Positions 58,503 through 64,000 of a stretch of DNA of 64,000 nt are shown piece after piece. Positions within the stretch are counted from its first letter, which is position 1. Every line of letters starts with the position of its first letter. This DNA is from Candidatus Omnitrophota bacterium (GTDB taxonomy: Bacteria > Omnitrophota > Gorgyraeia > JAFGHF01): contig JAZDHS010000044.1 of NCBI GenBank assembly GCA_043805735.1, positions 4,829 through 68,828 of the forward strand. Reading direction: 5' to 3'. The notes below the pieces were generated by a model that worked only from the letters and a program-made list of their open reading frames with translations, was not told where the DNA came from and ran no database searches. Made by a program: the position numbers and the translations under genes.

Positions 58503-59366
58503 ATGCAATATTATAAGGTATTAGGTTTGCAAAGAGAGCCTTTTTCCACCAGCCCCGACCCGGAATTTTTCTACCAGTCCGGGGAGCACAAGACCGCCCT
58601 GACTAATATCATGATTGAAATCCGGCTCAAACGCGGTTTAAGCGTGGTCTTGGGCGATGTGGGAACGGGCAAAACCACCTTAAGCCGAAAATTATTCCAG
58701 ATGTTCGCCTCCCGGGAAAACATCGACTTCTTTATGATCATGGACCCAACCTATGAATCGGACTATATCTTCCTGTTATCGCTGGTGCGCACTTTTGGTA
58801 TCGAGCTGAGTAATAGTCATCCGAACATCCTGGACTTAAAGCAGGAGATTAAGCATTTTCTGTTTCAAAAGGGAGTCAGCGAGAACAAGACTGTGGTTTT
58901 ACTCGTCGATGAAGCCCAGAAGCTCAATCCCCTCGCGCTTGAGGCGCTGCGGGTGCTTTTAAATTATGAAACCAACGAGTTTAAGCTGTTGCAGCTGGTG
59001 CTTCTGGGGCAGATGGAGCTTTTTCCGCGGCTGGCCGCGACCAAAAATCTAATGGATCGGGTGAGCTTGAAATATTCCCTGGGTCCACTCAATGAGGAAG
59101 AGACCAAAGAGATGATTGAATTTCGCATCCGCCAGGCCGGCTATGCGGGTAGAGATAAATTATTTCACGAAAGCATCTTTCGCCACATCCACGAACATAC
59201 GCAAGGCTACCCCCGGCGCATCGCCATGTTTTGCCATAAGGCGCTTAAATACGTGGTGATGAAGAATAAACCCTATGTCGATCAAGAAACGCTGAGAGAC
59301 ATTATTGATTCCGAGGCCAAGTTGAGATGGCAGAACCAAGACCTACTCCTGAAGAGCAACTACTAA
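58503..59366 (+). CDS. ExeA/GspA-family AAA ATPase
   Basis: GLQREPFSTSPDPEFFY, GDVGTGKTT, LLVDEAQ, LLGQMEL, GYPRRI. Confidence 0.9.
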   Translation: MQYYKVLGLQREPFSTSPDPEFFYQSGEHKTALTNIMIEIRLKRGLSVVLGDVGTGKTTLSRKLFQMFASRENIDFFMIMDPTYESDYIFLLSLVRTFGIELSNSHPNILDLKQEIKHFLFQKGVSENKTVVLLVDEAQKLNPLALEALRVLLNYETNEFKLLQLVLLGQMELFPRLAATKNLMDRVSLKYSLGPLNEEETKEMIEFRIRQAGYAGRDKLFHESIFRHIHEHTQGYPRRIAMFCHKALKYVVMKNKPYVDQETLRDIIDSEAKLRWQNQDLLLKSNY

Positions 59367-59983
59367 GGTTAATTGAAAAAGAAGACGATACGCATGCCCC
59401 GCGCTACCGTAGAAAAAGGGCGGCGGTGCTTGGCCTGGGTAGCATAAAGGTCATCTGGCTTTCGCTGATTAAAGGAATCAGCCAGGCCGCGGAAAAAGTA
59501 AAAACGGGCGTCCGCGAGCCCAACCTCAAGGTTCTCAATAAAGTCTGCTTCTTATTAGCGCTGGTGCTGGTGGGTTCTTCGGTGCTCGATTTTGTTTTTG
59601 GCCGCCCGGACATCGAAAAGGTGTATAAAAAGACGCAGCGACTGACTAAGCAAAAGCCGCAGGAATACCAGGAGGCTCAAACGGCGCGGCCGTTTTTACA
59701 CTATCTGGAAATGGTCAAGCGCCGCAATATCTTCAGCCCGATTATGCTTCAGGAAGAGGTAAAGCCGGAAGTAAAAAAGGCGGAATTGAAAGATATGGCC
59801 AAAAATTTAAGCCTGGTGGGCATCTCAATGGACCCTGACCCAGTAGCGATGATTGAAGATAAAGACGCGAAAAAAACTTATTTTTTAAAAAAAGGCGATT
59901 CAATCAATAAATTCACCATTGAAGAGATTACCACGACCACGGTGATTTTAAGTTACGAAGGGGAAAAGATCGAGCTGATGTAA
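59327..59983 (+). CDS. bitopic membrane protein with GspC/PilP-like C-terminal beta domain
   Basis: one TM segment, RRNIF.P, LSLVGI..AMIED..TYFLKKGD.I; directly before secretin. Confidence 0.6.
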   Translation: MAEPRPTPEEQLLRLIEKEDDTHAPRYRRKRAAVLGLGSIKVIWLSLIKGISQAAEKVKTGVREPNLKVLNKVCFLLALVLVGSSVLDFVFGRPDIEKVYKKTQRLTKQKPQEYQEAQTARPFLHYLEMVKRRNIFSPIMLQEEVKPEVKKAELKDMAKNLSLVGISMDPDPVAMIEDKDAKKTYFLKKGDSINKFTIEEITTTTVILSYEGEKIELM

Positions 59984-59984
59984 G

Positions 59985-61943
59985 ATGAAAAAAGCGTTAG
60001 TAGTCATATTATTGATTTGCGTTTCCATCGCCGGCAAAATAGTGCTGGCGCAGGAAGAGGCGGCGAGCGCGCCCAGGCAGATGCCTTTTAAAACTATTGG
60101 CGCGTCGAGTGCGCCAGCAAGCGTTCCAGCGAGTGTTCCGGCAAGCGCTCCGGCAAGCGCTCCGTTAACTTTACTGCCCGGCTCCAAGGTAACAACTGCC
60201 CCTGCGGCGGGTGCCGCTACCGCGGCGCCAGAGGTGGCAAAATCGACGCTGACACCGGTTAGCGCCACCGCGGCGGCTACAGCGGCGAAAGCGCCGACGG
60301 ATGCCGCGTCGGACTTGGCCGCATCCGCCGAGACGGTAACCGAAGAAACCATTGCTAAAGAGCTCGCCGGCGAAGGCGCTAAGGATGCCGCCGCTACGGA
60401 AAAGGCGCCCAAGACTATCGAAGAAGGCATGGTCAAAAAGATCTCGCTGGATTTACGCGGCATGGATATTTTAGATACGATTAAATTCTTATCGATGAAA
60501 GGCAATTTAAATATTGTCACCAGCAAAAACGTCGCTGGCCGAATTACTTTATTTTTAAAAGACGTCAGCATCGCCGATACGCTGGAGGTAATTTTACTGA
60601 CCAATAAGTTGGCCAGCGTGACCAAGAATAACATCATTACCATTATGACCGAGGCCGAGTATGGCGAACTCTACGGTGAGAAATTCATCGATAAGCGGGA
60701 ACTTAAAACCCTCAAGCTCGACTACGCCAAGCCTTCCGGCGTCGGCGTGGCTTTGGAGAGCATTAAGAGCACAATCGGCAAAATTATTATGGATGACGCG
60801 ACCGGCACGATGATCCTGATTGATACGCCCGATAAAATTGCCGAAATGGAAGATATGGCCCATAAACTTGACCGGGGGCTGGTGGAAAAAAAATCACCGA
60901 CGGAAAGCCGGGTATTTGAATTTCAATACGCCAAGGTGACCGATATCGAAGCCAAGATTACCGCGGTGTTAACTCCCGATATCGGCTCAGCCGTGGCTGA
61001 TGAACGTACTAACCGCATTATTGTCAATGACCTGCCCAATAAGCTTAACGAAATTGAGGCGATGATTGGCGCTTTTGACGCCAAGACGCGCGAGGTGCTC
61101 ATTGAGGCCAAGATTGTCGAGATTGACCTCACCGATGAGTTTGCCTTTGGCGTAGACTGGGATAGGATATTTGAGTATTTTCCTAAGGATATCAGCATGG
61201 TCGGAAGTTTTCCGATGAGCTCGCCCTCAGGCACCGAAGGTAACTTCGGCCGAGTTTCAATTGGTGAATGGAAATCGGGATTCTTTACCGATACCGGAAC
61301 AGCCGGTCAGGCCTGGAACTCCGGTACCATTGACCCGAGTCAATCTAATCAGATGATTAATTTCTTACGTTCTATCGGCGATGCCCGGATCATTTCATCT
61401 CCCTATATCGCGGTCTGCAATAACGAAGAAGCCCAGATTATGGTCGGGACGCGCCAGCCCTATGCCACCAGCACGATTTCGCAAAGCGAAACCTCGGCCA
61501 CTACTTCCTGGAGCGCGGAATTCGTGGATTTAGGCGTGACCCTTACCGTTACCCCGACGATTAATCAGGACGGATATATCAAGCTGCACATTAAGCCGGA
61601 AGTGAGTACCTTGCGCCAGTGGTTTGAAATTCTCGATGAGACCGGCGTGGCCCAAATCCGCCTGCCGGAAGTGGATACCTCCAATGCCGAGACCAGCGTC
61701 CTGATTAAAGACGGAAGAACCTTAATTATTGCCGGCTTAATCCGTGACCGCGAATATACCACCAAGCGCAAGTTTCCTGGTATTGGGGATATCCCGATAA
61801 TAGGTAACTTATTTGGCTCAACATCAACCGGAGTAATTAAGAGGGAACTGGTGGTTTTTCTCACCCCCCATATCATCTCCGGAGGCGAAGACGTCGCTTT
61901 TGTAGAGGGCGTGGAAAAACAAAGAAAACCGATGAAAAAATGA
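59985..61943 (+). CDS. secretin (GspD/PilQ family) with Ala/Pro/Ser/Thr-rich N-terminal linker
   Basis: signal peptide, ISLDLRGMDI, DERTNRIIV, VLIEAKIVE, GVTLTVTP, KFPGIGDIPIIGNLF, ELVVFLTPHII. Confidence 0.92.
   Translation: MKKALVVILLICVSIAGKIVLAQEEAASAPRQMPFKTIGASSAPASVPASVPASAPASAPLTLLPGSKVTTAPAAGAATAAPEVAKSTLTPVSATAAATAAKAPTDAASDLAASAETVTEETIAKELAGEGAKDAAATEKAPKTIEEGMVKKISLDLRGMDILDTIKFLSMKGNLNIVTSKNVAGRITLFLKDVSIADTLEVILLTNKLASVTKNNIITIMTEAEYGELYGEKFIDKRELKTLKLDYAKPSGVGVALESIKSTIGKIIMDDATGTMILIDTPDKIAEMEDMAHKLDRGLVEKKSPTESRVFEFQYAKVTDIEAKITAVLTPDIGSAVADERTNRIIVNDLPNKLNEIEAMIGAFDAKTREVLIEAKIVEIDLTDEFAFGVDWDRIFEYFPKDISMVGSFPMSSPSGTEGNFGRVSIGEWKSGFFTDTGTAGQAWNSGTIDPSQSNQMINFLRSIGDARIISSPYIAVCNNEEAQIMVGTRQPYATSTISQSETSATTSWSAEFVDLGVTLTVTPTINQDGYIKLHIKPEVSTLRQWFEILDETGVAQIRLPEVDTSNAETSVLIKDGRTLIIAGLIRDREYTTKRKFPGIGDIPIIGNLFGSTSTGVIKRELVVFLTPHIISGGEDVAFVEGVEKQRKPMKK
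60105..60164 (+). repeat. 5 x 12-bp coding tandem repeat (SSAP-ASVP-ASVP-ASAP-ASAP)
   Basis: TCGAGTGCGCCA GCAAGCGTTCCA GCGAGTGTTCCG GCAAGCGCTCCG GCAAGCGCTCCG. Confidence 0.7.
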
Positions 61944-62974
61944 AGCGTGGGGTAGCCTTTCTTTCCATAATTTTACTGTTACTGCTTTTGGCCTCAGCTG
62001 GCGCGGCGGGCTTTTTTTATTTTACCTGGGATGAGCAGAAAAACCAGCTTAAATTATTAGAGTCGGATTTAGAAGCGGGCAAGATCATGCTCGATCAGGC
62101 CAAAGGCTCACTCACCCAAAAGGACCAGCTGAGCTCTGCCTTAAGCGAAAAAAATAAAGCCTTAAGCGACGAGCTCTCCACCCTAAAAAAGAATGTCAGC
62201 GAGACGCAATTAACCAAGGGCCTGCTGGAAGGGCAGGTTAAGGAACTCTCGGCGAAAGAGAAAATACTCGAGGCCCAGATTATCCAGGTGATGCAGTCTT
62301 CCCAAGAGCAATTAAGCCTGAAAGAAAAAGAAATCCAGAAACAATTGCTTTCCGAAAAAGAAACTATCAGTTTAGAGAAACAGGCCCTAGCCAAGCAGGC
62401 GGTATCCTCAGAAGTGTTGTTAAAGACAGCGTTAGCGCGCAATGAACAGCTGCGCGCGCAGTTAGAAAAAAATAAAACCGTCCTGGAATGGTTGCACAAA
62501 GATAAAATCGGGCAAGAGCTTTTACAGACTAAAGATACGCTTAAAACAAAAGAGGACCGGCTCCAGGAGATGATTAAGGAAAACGAAAAACTGATTGCCG
62601 GCTTTAAAGATTTGGAACTGGAAAAAAGCACCGCCCAAAATGAACTCGCTCTCTCCCAAGATGAACTTAAAAAGCAGACCGCGAAATTCCACTATAATCT
62701 GGCTTTAGTCTTTGACCAGGGCAGCCGCTACCGCGAGGCCGAAGCGGAATATCGCAAAGCCTTAGAGCTGATCCCGGACGATGCCGACGCGCATTATAAT
62801 TTAGGCGTCCTTTATGATGAGGCTCTCAAGGACAACCAAAAAGCGATTACCCATTATAAGGCTTACCTCCAGCTGCGCCCCGAGGCCGTGGATGGCGAAC
62901 AGGTAGCGCATTGGATCAGCAAGGCCGAAGAACGGTTGAATTGGGGTAAGTTGGAACTGCTTAAGAAGAAATGA
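61940..62974 (+). CDS. membrane-anchored coiled-coil protein with C-terminal TPRs
   Basis: N-terminal TM, long heptad region, HYNLALVF..AHYNLGVLYD TPRs. Confidence 0.8.
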   Translation: MKRGVAFLSIILLLLLLASAGAAGFFYFTWDEQKNQLKLLESDLEAGKIMLDQAKGSLTQKDQLSSALSEKNKALSDELSTLKKNVSETQLTKGLLEGQVKELSAKEKILEAQIIQVMQSSQEQLSLKEKEIQKQLLSEKETISLEKQALAKQAVSSEVLLKTALARNEQLRAQLEKNKTVLEWLHKDKIGQELLQTKDTLKTKEDRLQEMIKENEKLIAGFKDLELEKSTAQNELALSQDELKKQTAKFHYNLALVFDQGSRYREAEAEYRKALELIPDDADAHYNLGVLYDEALKDNQKAITHYKAYLQLRPEAVDGEQVAHWISKAEERLNWGKLELLKKK

Positions 62975-64000
62975 TCAAAGTAGACTGGAAATTAGCCGGG
63001 GGCTTTAGCGCTCTGTTGCTGCTGATTGTGGCCATTGGCGCGATCGGCATGATCCAGATTCAATCGTTGAGTAAGACCGTAGATGCCCTGGGCCGGCGCT
63101 ATTTCCCGATGCAGAAGGCGGCGCTGGAAATGCGGGTGAATAACAGCCTCTATGCGATGGGAATCCGTAATTATATCTTTTGGCGCAGCGCCAAGTATCT
63201 CGAAGCCGCGCGCACCGCGGCCAACAAAGAAGCAATCAATTCGGCGGTGGCGGCATTTGACGTGCAGCTGAAAAATTATAGCGAGTTTGCCCATGCCTTA
63301 TATCAAGATACGCCCAGCGTTATTTCTCTAACCGACCAGGAACAATGGATTGGCAATATTCAGGGTTCACAGCAGGAATTGCGTTCGATCGGCGATCGGA
63401 TTCTGGAATTAGTCGATCAAATTGATAGCGCAGAAATCACCAAGAAACGCGAGCTCGAAGACGCGGTTAACAAATTGTTAATGGCCTTCGAAAGCAAGCT
63501 CTATATTATTGACGGGTTCATTGATGGCAATGTCCAAAAGGCCACTTTGGAAGCGGTGCGCGCCCAGCTCGTTGAGGCCGAGGCGGCCCGCAAGCGGGCG
63601 ATTACCTATTTAGTCTGGTCGTTGGTGTTGGGCTTAGGCATCGGCAGCGAGACCGCGTTTTTGGTCTATCGTGACCGCCGCCGGGAAAGAGAACACCGGG
63701 AAAAATTGGTGCGGGAAATGATTCGTATTGAAGAGGAAGAGCGTAAGAGCCTTTCTCTTCAGGTCCACGATCAGATGGGCCAGGACTTAAGCGGTTTACG
63801 GATTTATCTGGATTTAATCAATAAACATCTGCCTGATACTGATGATGACGCCAAAAAAAGCATCCAGGAAGGCAAGAAGATCCTCTCTGGCCTAATCGAA
63901 AAAAGCCACAATATTGCCGAGATGCTCCGGCCACCGGCCCTGGAAGAGATTGGCCTGGTCGATACCATTGAAAGCCTGATTCTGCATTACCGCCAACTGA
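62971..64000 (+). CDS. sensor histidine kinase (four-helix extracytoplasmic sensor, HisKA_3 type), 3' truncated; not in ORF track
   Basis: MIKVDWKLAGGFSALLLLIVAIG, second TM, EEERKSLSLQVHDQMGQDLSGL H-box, LRPPALEEIGL; frame open to window end. Confidence 0.85.
   Translation, partial: MIKVDWKLAGGFSALLLLIVAIGAIGMIQIQSLSKTVDALGRRYFPMQKAALEMRVNNSLYAMGIRNYIFWRSAKYLEAARTAANKEAINSAVAAFDVQLKNYSEFAHALYQDTPSVISLTDQEQWIGNIQGSQQELRSIGDRILELVDQIDSAEITKKRELEDAVNKLLMAFESKLYIIDGFIDGNVQKATLEAVRAQLVEAEAARKRAITYLVWSLVLGLGIGSETAFLVYRDRRREREHREKLVREMIRIEEEERKSLSLQVHDQMGQDLSGLRIYLDLINKHLPDTDDDAKKSIQEGKKILSGLIEKSHNIAEMLRPPALEEIGLVDTIESLILHYRQL

Overview
A gene-dense, mostly + strand window from a diderm bacterium, probably PVC superphylum and most like Candidatus Omnitrophota (inferred from gene content and order only). 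Housekeeping blocks: glyA-dCMP deaminase-nrdR, a UvrD-nuclease fusion, hisG, split transketolase, ispE-spoVG-tRNA-Gln-glmU-prs-rplY-pth-rpsF-ssb-rpsR-rplI-dnaB-bamA-skp-lpxD-lpxC/fabZ-lpxA-lpxI, lpxB, gnnA-like, msbA, rpsB-tsf-pyrH-frr-tRNA-Lys, and archease-rtcB-serS-tRNA-Ser. Accessory content: two AmmeMemoRadiSam radical SAM paralogues, a ~9 kb sulfate-assimilation/siroheme block after tRNA-Lys, and a MerR-ExeA-secretin module. The three strongest candidate novelties are: (1) a glutamine synthetase fused to an excisionase-type HTH, with two near-identical palindromic boxes over its own promoter (candidate self-regulating GS); (2) an unannotated 21-aa Met-Met-Met-Cys leader peptide with overlapping antiterminator/terminator before the APS reductase operon (candidate sulfur-amino-acid attenuator); (3) a five-copy covarying REP-like hairpin family, one copy translated as the GlmU C-terminus. 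No CRISPR array, rRNA, transposase or integrase was seen. All calls are by eye and were not checked against databases.
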